In this document: positions 1-9,747 of the stretch, in pieces
How the letters are laid out: the number at the start of each line of letters is the position of its first letter
Numbering within the stretch: the first letter of the stretch is position 1
Origin: an uncultured Nitrososphaerota archaeon
GTDB lineage: Archaea > Thermoproteota > Nitrososphaeria > Nitrososphaerales > Gagatemarchaeaceae
NCBI GenBank assembly: GCA_963718895.1
Contig: CAVRAG010000007.1
Coordinates: forward strand, 96,001-160,000
Length of the DNA stretch: 64,000 nucleotides
Direction: 5' to 3'
Translations under genes and position numbers: made by a program
Notes under the pieces: generated by a model
What the model saw: only the letters and a program-made list of their open reading frames with translations
Told to the model about the DNA's origin: nothing
The model's database searches: none

Positions 1-954
1 CGGGAAGCGGTGGGAGATGATGGAGGTAAGGTCGGTCTGGTTTCGCTGGAAGAACTCTATCGTCCTGGGAAACATCCCGGGGCTCCCCTGGGCGCCCTTT
101 ACGGTCAGCCCCTTGGCGACCAGCTTCTCCATCTCGATCGGGATCTTCTTCATCATGGTCTGACCTATCAGCACTATGCGACTGGAGGTGTCGACTGCGT
201 CGAAGACGGTCGACCTTGCCTGGTCCGAACCCGAGGCCTCGAGTGCCAGGTCCGCGCCGTGTCCCCCGGTCAGCTTCAGTATCTCCGCTACCGCGTCCTG
301 GTTGACCGGGTCGATCACTTCGTCCGCACCAAGCTTCAGCGCAAGCGCCCTGCGCATCTCGATGGGATCGACCGAGATGGCCCTCGCGCGGGACCCCTTC
401 ACCACGGCGAGCGCGAGCAGCCCGACCGGCCCAGCCCCGAAGACGACCACCGTCTGGCTCGGCTCCACGCCTCCCGCGAGCCCCCAGACAGCGTTGTAGG
501 CTACGGTGAGAGGCTCGACGAGGCATCCCTGCTCGTGCGAGAGAGAGGGTGGGAGCCTCGAGAGGTTGCTCTCGTCGCGGACCACGTACTCGGCGTAACC
601 GCCGGGAGACTGGGGCTGGAAGCCGTAGATCGTGGGGCTCCTGCAGAAGTTTGGGTTGGCACCGACCTTGCACTTGTCGCAGACCCCACACCCAACCACG
701 GTCTCCCCGACGACCCTGTCGCCCTTCTTGAGCGTCGTGACGGCCTCGCCGACCTCTTCCACGTCCCCGGACCACTCGTGCCCCGGGACGAACGGGAAGA
801 CCCCCTCGTAGGTCCTTCCGGTGTAGATGTTGACATCCGAGCCGCAGATGCCTGAGGCCCGAATCTTCACCAGGACCTGGTTCCTCGAGAGGGTCGGGAG
901 GGCGACATCTTCCATGCGAAGGTCCAGCGGACCGTGGAGTACAGCGGCCTTCAT
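1..954 (-). CDS. Zn-dependent alcohol dehydrogenase (MDR family), 3' end runs off window
   Basis: Manual translation from ATG 954: MKAAVLHGPLDLRMED..., SGICGSD, GHEWSG, CGVCDKC...C structural Zn site, GAGPVG. Missing from ORF track because there is no stop in the window. Confidence 0.9.
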   Translation of the reverse strand, partial: MKAAVLHGPLDLRMEDVALPTLSRNQVLVKIRASGICGSDVNIYTGRTYEGVFPFVPGHEWSGDVEEVGEAVTTLKKGDRVVGETVVGCGVCDKCKVGANPNFCRSPTIYGFQPQSPGGYAEYVVRDESNLSRLPPSLSHEQGCLVEPLTVAYNAVWGLAGGVEPSQTVVVFGAGPVGLLALAVVKGSRARAISVDPIEMRRALALKLGADEVIDPVNQDAVAEILKLTGGHGADLALEASGSDQARSTVFDAVDTSSRIVLIGQTMMKKIPIEMEKLVAKGLTVKGAQGSPGMFPRTIEFFQRNQTDLTSIISHRFP

Positions 955-975
955 CGAGCTCACCGTCGCTCCAAC

Positions 976-1791
976 CTAGTCGCGCATCCCCAGCTCTTTC
1001 ATCATCCGCGCCGTCGAGGTGTAGCCGTCCCTCACCCACTCGACGATCTTGGCCGGCTCGGGAGACCACTCGAGCTCCATCTGGATGGCTCCTGTGTAGC
1101 CAATCCCCTTGAGCGCCGCGAGGTACTCCTTGAGCGGCACGACTCCCGACCCCGGAGGCCAGTGTGCGTGGACCCTCCCCTTGCAGTCGGCGAAGTGGAC
1201 GTTGAGCAGCCTGCCCTTCAGCTTCGCCAGAGTCTCGGGCGCGTCCCCGACGACGTACATGTGCACGAAGTCGACGTTGCCCTTGACGTATGGTCGGCCT
1301 GTGTCGTCGAGCATCTTGGAGAGCGTATCGACGGAGTTGATGATGTTGTGTTTCGGCGTCTCGAACTCGAGCCCGGTCTCGATGCCGAGCCCGTGGGCGT
1401 AGTCGGCTATCTCCCTGATCCCCTCGACGGCCCAGCCCCACTGTACCTTGGGGTCGACCTCCTGGCGCTCCCAGACGTACTCTCCGGGGACGAGTATCTG
1501 CTTGGTGCTCCCAAAGTCGTACCCGATGTCCACCTGTCTCTTGGCCCAGTCGATGGTCAGCCGTCGGATCTCTGCGTTGAGGTCGATGAGGCTCGTGAGC
1601 ACGATGGTAAAGTTCGAGCAGGGAAGTCCTGTCTCCTGAAGAGCCTCCCTCATCTTCCTCCTGAGCCGGGGCGTGAGGTCGACGGTGAAGATGCAGTACG
1701 AGTCAAAACCGCACCCCTTGGCGACCCTTATGCCCTCGACCCTGTCGACGGCGGTCCCCCACCAGGCGTTCTCGCTTATCGAGAGTTCCAA
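976..1791 (-). CDS. Sugar phosphate isomerase/epimerase (xylose isomerase-like TIM barrel)
   Basis: GLEFE, NVDFVH, VHFAD, HWPPGSG and MELE metal motifs. Confidence 0.85.
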   Translation of the reverse strand: MELSISENAWWGTAVDRVEGIRVAKGCGFDSYCIFTVDLTPRLRRKMREALQETGLPCSNFTIVLTSLIDLNAEIRRLTIDWAKRQVDIGYDFGSTKQILVPGEYVWERQEVDPKVQWGWAVEGIREIADYAHGLGIETGLEFETPKHNIINSVDTLSKMLDDTGRPYVKGNVDFVHMYVVGDAPETLAKLKGRLLNVHFADCKGRVHAHWPPGSGVVPLKEYLAALKGIGYTGAIQMELEWSPEPAKIVEWVRDGYTSTARMMKELGMRD

Positions 1792-1872
1792 TTTTCGTCT
1801 TCAGACCCTCGAACTGCAATTATCTCTTTCGGTGACGCCGGGGTAATCCCGCGTCTCGCGGGGACCCCTTGA

Positions 1873-2733
1873 TCAGGCGATGCGGTCGAACGCGCGCATC
1901 GCCGACGGTATCTGCTCGACCAGGTCCGAGGCGGTCATGTGCAGGCCCACGCTCTTCGCAGCCTCGAGCCCCGCCGCCCCGTTGATGTAGGCAGCGCAGC
2001 ACGCAGCCTCGAACGGAGGGATGCCCTTCGCGCAGAGCCCCGTCACGAGACCCGTCAGGACGTCTCCCGTCCCCCCGGTGGTCATCGCAGGCGTGTGGGT
2101 CTCGTTGAGAGCGACGTCCACGCCGTTGCTTATGATGTCGACCGGGCCCTTGAGCAGCACGGTCGCTGCGGAGTCCCTGGCCTTCTCGGAGACGAGCCTG
2201 ACCCTGGCCTGGAGGTCTCCCTCGACCTTCGCCGAGAAGAGCCTCTCGAACTCCCCGTAGTGGGGGGTCACGACCATGGGGACCTTCTTGGTCACGTCCA
2301 GGATCGGAGGGCGGAGCGCGTCCGCGTCGACGACGAGGGTCCGGGACTTCGTCGAGAGCCGGGTGAGCGCGTGGACGAGCTCCTCGGGGTTCTGCGGTCC
2401 GAGGCCGGGACCAATGCCGATGCAGTCGACCTCGGGGAGCCAGGAGGCGAGCCTGTTGGCGTTGCCCCTCGTCAGCTTGCTGTCAGGGAGAGGGATGACT
2501 ATGAGGTCGGGAGACATCGCCCTGACCGGAGTCGCAATCACGGCCGGGACGGCCAGGTAGACGAGGTCGAGCCCGGACCTCAGGGCCGCCATCGCGGCGT
2601 GGAACGGGGCGCCGTGGTATATCCTGCTGCCCCCGACTATCGCGGCCTTGCCGTTCATGCCCTTGTGGGAGTCCGCCCTCCTGGCCGGAATCCTCGCGGC
2701 GACGTACTCTCGGTCTATCTTGATGGACGCCAT
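1873..2733 (-). CDS. nnrD: NAD(P)H-hydrate dehydratase (YjeF C-terminal)
   Basis: SHKG..G, GGS..YHGA, GPGLG, VDADAL, TPHYGEF, GGTGDVLTG. Confidence 0.92.
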   Translation of the reverse strand: MASIKIDREYVAARIPARRADSHKGMNGKAAIVGGSRIYHGAPFHAAMAALRSGLDLVYLAVPAVIATPVRAMSPDLIVIPLPDSKLTRGNANRLASWLPEVDCIGIGPGLGPQNPEELVHALTRLSTKSRTLVVDADALRPPILDVTKKVPMVVTPHYGEFERLFSAKVEGDLQARVRLVSEKARDSAATVLLKGPVDIISNGVDVALNETHTPAMTTGGTGDVLTGLVTGLCAKGIPPFEAACCAAYINGAAGLEAAKSVGLHMTASDLVEQIPSAMRAFDRIA

Positions 2734-2744
2734 TCCAGGACGCC

Positions 2745-3485
2745 TCAGAAGTTGTAGTGCCTCTGCGTCTGCGGCAGAGTGACGAGAGACTCCACCGGGC
2801 AGTTCAGGTTCAGCCGCTCCTTCAGCTTGGGCAGGGACTGCTCCATGGATGCTATGGTGAATATCCCCACGATCCTCGCCTTGGCCTTCTCGGCCAGCCT
2901 CACCAGCGCATCGATCGTGATCCCGGAGTGGATGAAGTCGTCGACTATCAGGATGTGCTCGCCCTTCTTTATCGAGCTCTTGGGGAGATAGAGGTACTTC
3001 ACCGAGTCGGGGGAGTACACCACCCGCTGCTCGTAGAAGTCCTCGACACCCTGGTCCCTCTCGGACTTGGCAATCGCCACGTTGACGTTGAACTCGTCGG
3101 CTACCTCGACGGCCAGCGGGACGCCGTCGACCTCCATGGTGAGTATCCTGTCGACCTGGGAGGGCCCGAACTCGCTGTAGACGACCTTGGCTATCTGCCT
3201 GAGGAGCCCGACGTCGACCACTGCCCTGGAGAGGTCGTAGGCGCCATCCGGAGTAACCTTGATCTGGTCGGCGACGATCTTCCTGAGGAGCTTCTCCCGG
3301 AAGACGGCGACGAACTTCTCGGACCGGGCCGCGCTCGGGAGGACGTGCCCCCTGACGTAGCGGCTGAGTATCGGCGCCGATAGCCCGAGTATCGCCGAGA
3401 GCTCCTTGTAGCTGTAGTTCTTCTTCAGCGTGGAGAGGAGCTCCACCGAGGATATCCGGGATTTGACGTCGGCGACTCGGCTCAA
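2745..3485 (-). CDS. HTH-phosphoribosyltransferase fusion (PurR-like regulator)
   Basis: N-terminal HTH (YKELSAILGLSAPILSRYVRG) plus PRPP loop LIVDDFIHSGIT. Confidence 0.85.
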   Translation of the reverse strand: MSRVADVKSRISSVELLSTLKKNYSYKELSAILGLSAPILSRYVRGHVLPSAARSEKFVAVFREKLLRKIVADQIKVTPDGAYDLSRAVVDVGLLRQIAKVVYSEFGPSQVDRILTMEVDGVPLAVEVADEFNVNVAIAKSERDQGVEDFYEQRVVYSPDSVKYLYLPKSSIKKGEHILIVDDFIHSGITIDALVRLAEKAKARIVGIFTIASMEQSLPKLKERLNLNCPVESLVTLPQTQRHYNF

Positions 3486-3566
3486 AGGTCTACCGCCGGC
3501 TTTTCACAAAAAGGTGTAGAAAAGCATTCCCCCGCCTGCAGCTCTTTGACGTTTCCGTGCACTCGG

Positions 3567-5417
3567 TCAGTGGCCGAGGAACGTCTTCAGCCACGCCGGC
3601 AGGAAGGACTTGTCGGGATAGTAGAGGAAGAACCAGAGGAAGACGCCTCCCAGAAGGACGTAGGCGACCTCCCGTGGGAACCACTTCCTTGTGAGGATGT
3701 ATGCGGACCCCAGGGAGATGGCGGGGGTCGCGGGCAGTATGTAGTAGGGGTACGTGACCCTGCCGTAGAAGTAGAGCCCGACGTAGGCGAAGTAGGTGAC
3801 GACGAACCAGAGGAGCGCGAACCTGGCGAGGCGGAAGTCCGGTGTGTCTATCTTCAGCGCCTGCGAGGCGTCGGCGACCAGCTCGGCCTTGCTGGTCCAG
3901 AGCTTGTATGAGAGGTACGTGACGTAGGGCGCCCAGATCCAGGTCAGCCAGATCTCGAAGAAGTTCGATATCCCCCAGTAGCCGAGGGAGACGTAGACGT
4001 AGTCCCCGGGGTTGACGGTGACCCGGGTGACGAAGTAGCCCACCGCGGAGTAGAAGGTCATCCAGCTGAAGGGGGTGATCGGGGTGTGGAAGGCGGGGTC
4101 GGTCCAGCCGCAGCTCGTCGGGGTGCACCTCAGCGAGGCCCCGTAACTGAGGATGTAGCGGATGTCGTCGACGAAGGTAGTCGTCCCGCTGTTCCCGAAT
4201 AGAGTCACGTAGAGCTGCAGACCGGCGATGAAGACGAGCGCGACGATCACGAACATGCGGAGGGACGAGAGGAACCTTGGCCGCTTCCCGCCCGTGCCGA
4301 AGAAGAGGTTGTAGATGACCAGGACCGCGACGAGGAAGACGGCGGTCTCCTTGGAGAGGGCGGCGAGGCCCAGAAAGGCCGCGGAGAGCGTGACCCTGTC
4401 CAGCCTCCATATCCGTATGTCCGCGAGGTAGACCATGAACGCGACCAGGGCGAAGAAGATCGCCTGGATGTCTATCACGGCGATGGACGACTGGACGAAG
4501 AACAGAGTGTCGAAGGCGAGCAGGAAGGCCGCGAACAGCGAGAGCGTCGAGTCCTTGCTGAGGGACCAGCAGATCGCGAAGAGGACGGGGACACTGAGCG
4601 TGCCGAGGAGCACCTCGAAGAACCTCCATCCGAGGTCGTTGTTCCCGAAGATGACGATGCCTGCGGCGATTATCGCCTTGGAGAGGAAGGGATGCTCGAG
4701 GTTGCAGTTGTCGAAGTATGGGCCGCACTTCTCTCCCGAGAGGAGCGCCTGCGCCGCGGGGACGTAGTAAATCTCGTCCATCACGCACCCATCGACCTGC
4801 TTGCTGACGTCATAGCAGGTGAGAGCCTGGTAGGTCAGCGTGACCGGTCCGGTCGGCACAGACTGGAACGTCCAGTTCCCGAAGTCCGACCCTCCGGGCT
4901 GCAGGGCAAGGGTCGTGGTTGGCACGAGGTTCAGGCCCGAGCTGGGGAGGAGGGTGCCTCCCAACTCCAGCGAGATCGAGCCGATGGCGTCACCGCCCGA
5001 GTCCTGCACCGTCACGGCCAAGTTTGTGCCCGATACGGTCGAGGTGAGCGTAACCTGCTGGTCCGAGACGGTGGTCCCCAGCGGGTCTGTCAGGGTGCCC
5101 GGCGTGGTGAACGGCGGCTGGTCTATGGTGTAGAAGTGGGCGACCAGGACCCCCGACGTGAGCAGCACCAGGACCAGGATCGTCCTCCTGTGATTGGGAT
5201 ACCTGAACAGGTACCAGAAGATCCCAAGGACGACCGATCCCCCCGACCCGGCGCTCGCGATGTAGAAGAGCGGGTTCAGGACCGCGGTCTGGACCGAGGT
5301 CGGCCACGCTGCGTGGAGGGTGATGACCACCAGCATGAGCGTTAGGGCGACGAACGAGAGTCCCGCTAGGAAGAGGGCCCAGAAGCGGAGGCCCGCGTAG
5401 GTCTTCTCTCCGGTCAA
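3567..5417 (-). CDS. GT39/PMT-like lipid-carrier-dependent glycosyltransferase (GT-C)
   Basis: Multi-TM protein with DEIYY, EHPFLSK, GWRF and LSKE motifs. Confidence 0.8.
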   Translation of the reverse strand: MTGEKTYAGLRFWALFLAGLSFVALTLMLVVITLHAAWPTSVQTAVLNPLFYIASAGSGGSVVLGIFWYLFRYPNHRRTILVLVLLTSGVLVAHFYTIDQPPFTTPGTLTDPLGTTVSDQQVTLTSTVSGTNLAVTVQDSGGDAIGSISLELGGTLLPSSGLNLVPTTTLALQPGGSDFGNWTFQSVPTGPVTLTYQALTCYDVSKQVDGCVMDEIYYVPAAQALLSGEKCGPYFDNCNLEHPFLSKAIIAAGIVIFGNNDLGWRFFEVLLGTLSVPVLFAICWSLSKDSTLSLFAAFLLAFDTLFFVQSSIAVIDIQAIFFALVAFMVYLADIRIWRLDRVTLSAAFLGLAALSKETAVFLVAVLVIYNLFFGTGGKRPRFLSSLRMFVIVALVFIAGLQLYVTLFGNSGTTTFVDDIRYILSYGASLRCTPTSCGWTDPAFHTPITPFSWMTFYSAVGYFVTRVTVNPGDYVYVSLGYWGISNFFEIWLTWIWAPYVTYLSYKLWTSKAELVADASQALKIDTPDFRLARFALLWFVVTYFAYVGLYFYGRVTYPYYILPATPAISLGSAYILTRKWFPREVAYVLLGGVFLWFFLYYPDKSFLPAWLKTFLGH

Positions 5418-5513
5418 CGCAGGGCGCGGGCGCGACCTCTGATATTACGGTTTGCCCGAATCCCTACGCGGGTAGAAAAGCTCTAAAAGGGCAGAAAAGC
5501 GAGAAGACATAGA

Positions 5514-5930
5514 TTGTCGTCGATAGTTTTTAGGAGATTCGGGGACGAGTTGAACGCATTCATCGGGAAGCCGGTCTCGGTAACCACGGGCGACGGGAAG
5601 GAGTACGGGGGCTTGCTCCTCGGGGTCGATGAGAGCCTCAGTCTGGTCCTGGACAAGGTCTCGGGCGCCGGCGGGAACGTCTTCAAGGTAGCGATAAACG
5701 GGTCGAACGTCAGGGAGATCAAGCTCACGGGGAAACCCTACGACTACAAGGCGCTCGGCGAGAGGATGAGCCGGGTGTTCCCGGGCCTCGTCTCTGTGAG
5801 GGAGGACATCGGCGTCATAATGGTGATGGACAAGATCAAGGTCACCGAGAAGGGAGTGGAGGGGACCGGGCTCGCCGTCGACAAGGCGAGGGCGATCTAC
5901 GACGAGTACATGCGGGACATGAAGAAGTAG
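5514..5930 (+). CDS. Lsm/Sm RNA-binding protein with C-terminal extension (SmAP3-type)
   Basis: Sm1 (GKEYGGLLLGVD..LSLVL) and Sm2 (INGSNV) motifs plus ~60-aa C-terminal domain. Confidence 0.8.
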   Translation: MSSIVFRRFGDELNAFIGKPVSVTTGDGKEYGGLLLGVDESLSLVLDKVSGAGGNVFKVAINGSNVREIKLTGKPYDYKALGERMSRVFPGLVSVREDIGVIMVMDKIKVTEKGVEGTGLAVDKARAIYDEYMRDMKK

Positions 5931-5993
5931 GTCGGAGCGCCGGTCGCGCTTATTAAGCCTCGGCTACGTCATCGTGAGCAAGGAGTCGAAGGC

Positions 5994-6404
5994 GTGAGCC
6001 GGGTCCCGATTTCAAGCGCGTGGCTGCACTCGAACCCATACAGGCGCTTCTTCGCGGCCTTCAGCCTTGACGGGCAGTCCGGAGGGGCGGGAGCGGAGTC
6101 CCCCTCGATAGACCCTGCGTTCAAGCGGGTCCTCATGTACCTCCTCGTCGGCACCAAGGGAGGGCCCAACAGACTGCAGATGATCAAGCTCCTGAAGGAG
6201 GAGCCGATGAACGCGAACAAGATGGGGGAGCGTCTGGGCCTCGACTACAAGACCGTGCAGCACCACCTGAAGATACTCAAGGAGAACAACGTCGTGGTTA
6301 CCAACGCCTCCGGGACCTACGGTGCCATGTACTTCCTGACTCCCTACATCGAGAAGAACCTCCGCGCCGTGGAGGAGATATGGGCACGATTCGGGCCAAA
6401 GTAG
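5994..6404 (+). CDS. ArsR-like winged-helix regulator
   Basis: GTKGGPNR...LDYKTVQHHLKIL...YGAMYFL archaeal wHTH pattern; true start may be downstream. Confidence 0.85.
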   Translation: MSRVPISSAWLHSNPYRRFFAAFSLDGQSGGAGAESPSIDPAFKRVLMYLLVGTKGGPNRLQMIKLLKEEPMNANKMGERLGLDYKTVQHHLKILKENNVVVTNASGTYGAMYFLTPYIEKNLRAVEEIWARFGPK

Positions 6405-6415
6405 AAATATGATAT

Positions 6416-6739
6416 TTGGAGCGCGATGACAAGAACATGTTCGACGTCTTCTGGATGAACGTCGCGGCGGTCTTCGCGCTGCTCAACGTCGTCCTCGTGG
6501 GCCTCCTCACCTACGCCTACTTCCAGAGCTGGAGGAGGGTGAGGTCCGGGTTCACTGCGAGCCTCATAGTCTTCTCCGTCTTCTTCCTCGTCCAGAACTT
6601 CGTCATAATCGTCTTCTGGTACGTCCTCTACACCACGGTCTCGATGCCGGTCGTCGAGGCGGCGGCCCCGTACCTCACCGCGGTCAACGCGGCCGAGGCT
6701 GTGGGCCTGGGAATGCTCACCCGGACCACCTGGAAGTAG
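6416..6739 (+). CDS. Small 3-TM membrane protein following the wHTH gene
   Basis: Three hydrophobic segments; short intergenic spacing. Confidence 0.7.
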   Translation: MERDDKNMFDVFWMNVAAVFALLNVVLVGLLTYAYFQSWRRVRSGFTASLIVFSVFFLVQNFVIIVFWYVLYTTVSMPVVEAAAPYLTAVNAAEAVGLGMLTRTTWK

Positions 6740-6812
6740 GACGGGAGATTCCGGCCAGATTCTGGCGCAACCTCGGTCGATCGATAAATTCCATGAATCC
6801 CTCGTGGTCCCC

Positions 6813-6992
6813 ATGACTACGTACATCGCCGACTTTACGACTGTGTGTGGCTGCCAGGTAGGAGTGACGGGTTCCTCGACCGAAGAGATCGAGCAGAAGA
6901 CCGTCAAGCAAGCGGGCGAGGTCCACCACATGAAGGAAGTACCTCCCGAGATGGCGCAGAAGCTCGAGGCCGCGATCAGACCGAGCATGTAG
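6813..6992 (+). CDS. DUF1059-like small protein
   Basis: C..G.STEEI....H.M..VPPEM...I pattern. Confidence 0.55.
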   Translation: MTTYIADFTTVCGCQVGVTGSSTEEIEQKTVKQAGEVHHMKEVPPEMAQKLEAAIRPSM

Positions 6993-7114
6993 GATGGCCG
7001 GGGGCGAACCATCGCCGCCGTCCTTTCTCTATCAGGAGAGGTAAATCGCAGGACTACCCGTTCGGACAGCTCCTTCAGAGGTCGAGTAGAGTGAAACGCG
7101 TCCGTGGCAGCGTC

Positions 7115-7132
7115 GCCGTCCTTGACAGAACC
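7115..7132 (+). repeat. Solo IS6-like right end (..TTGACAGAACC)
   Basis: 11 nt identical to the right end of the 22683-23370 cassette; abuts the VOC stop codon. Confidence 0.4.
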
Positions 7133-7545
7133 TCATGAAAGCTCGAATTCGTTGCCATCTGGATCTCTCATGATTGCGTACTTACCCCAACCGGTGGCCG
7201 TTAGCTCCTCTGAGAACTCCACTCCGTTCCCCTTAAGTTCGAGGTAGGTCTTCTCGACCATGGCGGGATCGCTCGAAGGGATCAGCTGACCTGTCCCTTC
7301 GTGCCTCTGCATTCTAACCGGTCCGCATTGCAGCCAGATTCCGGTTCTCCCTCCTGGCTTGTCGTTCCCCCAATCGTTGCACTTGCCGCAGAGGTGAATC
7401 ATGAGAGTCTGGGACCTCCAGGTCTCACGAAGACGGAATGACCCTCGGCTCCGACAATCTCGAAACCCAGCTTGTCGTGATGCCATCCGGCCGATTTCTT
7501 TGCGTCGAGCACGAGAACCGCTACGGAACCGACTCCCGTAATCAT
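7133..7545 (-). CDS. VOC/glyoxalase family protein (frameshifted)
   Basis: MITGVGSVAVLV...WHHDKLGF in shifted frames, C-terminal WGKYAIMRDPDGNEFEL. Confidence 0.75.
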
Positions 7546-7637
7546 GACAGTCATCTTGCGTGTGTCTGAATAAGTATTGCGGGACCAAAGAGTCGTTCGG
7601 ACAAACGGTTATATCAGAAAAACCGGTCCTGGACCTC

Positions 7638-9059
7638 ATGCAGAGCAAGGGCATGTCCTCGCAGAAGGGGATTGTCATCGCTCTGGTGGCGTCCCTGGTC
7701 GTGATCGCGGCGGTGGGTTACGGATACTCGGGTCTCACCGCCTCCATCGGTCGAGAGCAGTCGAGCCTGTCGTCGCTCGGGGGAGAGGTCCAGTCACTGC
7801 AGGCCTTGGGTTCGCCTAGCCCCACGGCAACTACCGTCACCGTGACCCAGACCTTGATCACCGCGTTGGCTAACCCCCAGACAGGCACGGCGACGACTTC
7901 CCAGACCACGACTCTTCATACGACCGAGACCGGGCAGCTTACGACCACGACAACGATCTGCGTGACTACCAGCGGGTCCGGCCAGAACTCAACGGGAGGC
8001 CAGCAGATCACACAATGCGGGAGCGGAACCCCGACCCACTATCAGGTCCAGTTCGCTGTGGTGCCGTCGGGAGCAGGGACAACCGCCCCGTCGACCAACA
8101 CTACCGCCGGAATCCAGAGACAGGGGATACTCATCCAGATAACCGCCTCGGCGAAGACCGGGTACTCGTTCGCTTCGTGGACAGCCACGAGCGTCTCAAT
8201 TACCTTCGGCTGCGCCACGTGTACGACCACGAGCGCGGAGATAGACGGCTCGGGCACCATCGTGGCCAACTTCGCGGCCCAGAACGGCCCGGCGTACGTC
8301 ACCCAGTCGTGCTCCGCCCACGGCCTGGACCTGAAGACGGTCTCCTGCTCTCTTCCGTCGCCGGTCGTGATGGGACAGACGATCCTGCTCGAGACGGCGG
8401 TGGTCCCGCCCACGGCAGTCAGGGACAGCATGGGCGACCAGTTCACGCTCCTAGACCAGACGAGCTGTCCCTGCAGCAGCACGTACATGCTCCAGGTCTA
8501 CACGGCCACCGCGTCGGCTTCGGGCCCCGACACGTTCACAGTCCAGGGTCCGGGGAACTATGACGCGTTGCTCGTCCATGTGCTTGCGGGCGTGATAGGA
8601 ACGGCGGGCTCGACCACCGGCTCCGGCCTCTCAACCACACCGACGGTGCCTGCCTTCTCACCGCCGCAGGGGAGCCTAGTGGTCGGCGTGGCACTGGTCA
8701 ACAACACAGAGGGCGTCTTCAACTCGACGGTGAACTCGGGGAGCGGTTATACCCTGCTCACGGTCGGACCCAGCATCGCCGACGAGGACTGGATCTCCTC
8801 GGGCAACGCGACGACCTCGCCGTTCTCGCTCCAGCAGCCAGAGCGATGGGCAGAGGTCTCGGTCGTCTTCACCACCTCGGCCACCGTCCTCACGACGAGC
8901 ACCATGGGCGAGAACATGCTCCCTAGGGTCTCGACAGGCACAGGCTCCCTCGCCATCGTCCTCCTCCTCGGCTCAGCGGCCGCGTCCGGAGGGGCACCGG
9001 AGGTCCTGGTGAAGACCCCAAGAATTGGGAAAACGGTTTTATGCGATAGGTCCGCCTGA
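7638..9059 (+). CDS. Secreted/surface Thr-rich protein with InlB B-repeat-like segment
   Basis: N-terminal TM, short coiled coil, Thr-rich linker, ITASAKTGYSFASW...IVANF repeat, C-terminal hydrophobic segment. Confidence 0.65.
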   Translation: MQSKGMSSQKGIVIALVASLVVIAAVGYGYSGLTASIGREQSSLSSLGGEVQSLQALGSPSPTATTVTVTQTLITALANPQTGTATTSQTTTLHTTETGQLTTTTTICVTTSGSGQNSTGGQQITQCGSGTPTHYQVQFAVVPSGAGTTAPSTNTTAGIQRQGILIQITASAKTGYSFASWTATSVSITFGCATCTTTSAEIDGSGTIVANFAAQNGPAYVTQSCSAHGLDLKTVSCSLPSPVVMGQTILLETAVVPPTAVRDSMGDQFTLLDQTSCPCSSTYMLQVYTATASASGPDTFTVQGPGNYDALLVHVLAGVIGTAGSTTGSGLSTTPTVPAFSPPQGSLVVGVALVNNTEGVFNSTVNSGSGYTLLTVGPSIADEDWISSGNATTSPFSLQQPERWAEVSVVFTTSATVLTTSTMGENMLPRVSTGTGSLAIVLLLGSAAASGGAPEVLVKTPRIGKTVLCDRSA

Positions 9060-9064
9060 CACAC

Positions 9065-9679
9065 ATGGAACACCTAGCCAGGGAGCAGCTGCCCCCTGGA
9101 CAGTTCTGGGGTCGCAAGTTTGTGATTTACGCGGCGAGTGGCATCCCTAAGGTCGATGTGAACGCATGGAGGCTCAGGGTCACGGGCCTGGTCACGACGC
9201 CGCTGGAGTTCACATACGAAGAGTTCGGCAAGCTCCCGATGGTGACCGAGATCAACTCGGCGCACTGCGTGACAAAGTGGAGCATCGAGCGGCCCCAGTG
9301 GGAGGGTGTCTCGATAAAGTTCCTCGCCGAGAAGGCGCAGGTCAAGCCCGAGGCGACCTGGGTGATGTTCCACTGTCTTGACGAGTACACCGCCCCGATC
9401 CCCTTGGAGGACGCGCTGCGGGACGACTCGATGGTAGCGCTGAAGATGAACGGGAGCCCTCTGCTTCCACAGCAGGGGTTCCCCGCACGCCCTTTCATGC
9501 CACACCTCTACCTCTGGAAGAGCGCCAAGTGGCTCACCGAGATCGAGTTCATCTCGGAGTACAGGGATGGATACTGGGAGAAGTACGGTTACCACGAGAG
9601 GGGGAACGTCGACGGCGAGGAGCGGTTCAAGGGGGACGGCTACAAGCCCGTTCCAAGGCGCGCGTTCGGGACGGCCTAG
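9065..9679 (+). CDS. Sulfite oxidase-like molybdopterin oxidoreductase
   Basis: LPPGQ, HCVTKWS, GFPARP, WKSAKW, GYWE.YGYH. Confidence 0.9.
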   Translation: MEHLAREQLPPGQFWGRKFVIYAASGIPKVDVNAWRLRVTGLVTTPLEFTYEEFGKLPMVTEINSAHCVTKWSIERPQWEGVSIKFLAEKAQVKPEATWVMFHCLDEYTAPIPLEDALRDDSMVALKMNGSPLLPQQGFPARPFMPHLYLWKSAKWLTEIEFISEYRDGYWEKYGYHERGNVDGEERFKGDGYKPVPRRAFGTA

Positions 9680-9747
9680 GCGAGAGCGGCCCGGGCTCAC
9701 GGCCCAGAGAAGACTTAGAAAGCGAAGATTCGCCGCGGCCTGAAGGC

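Noticed and set aside
10-1872. Long plus-strand ORFs 10-855 and 934-1872, and similar antisense ORFs throughout the window
   Set aside because: Shadows of motif-bearing genes on the opposite strand, expected at high GC
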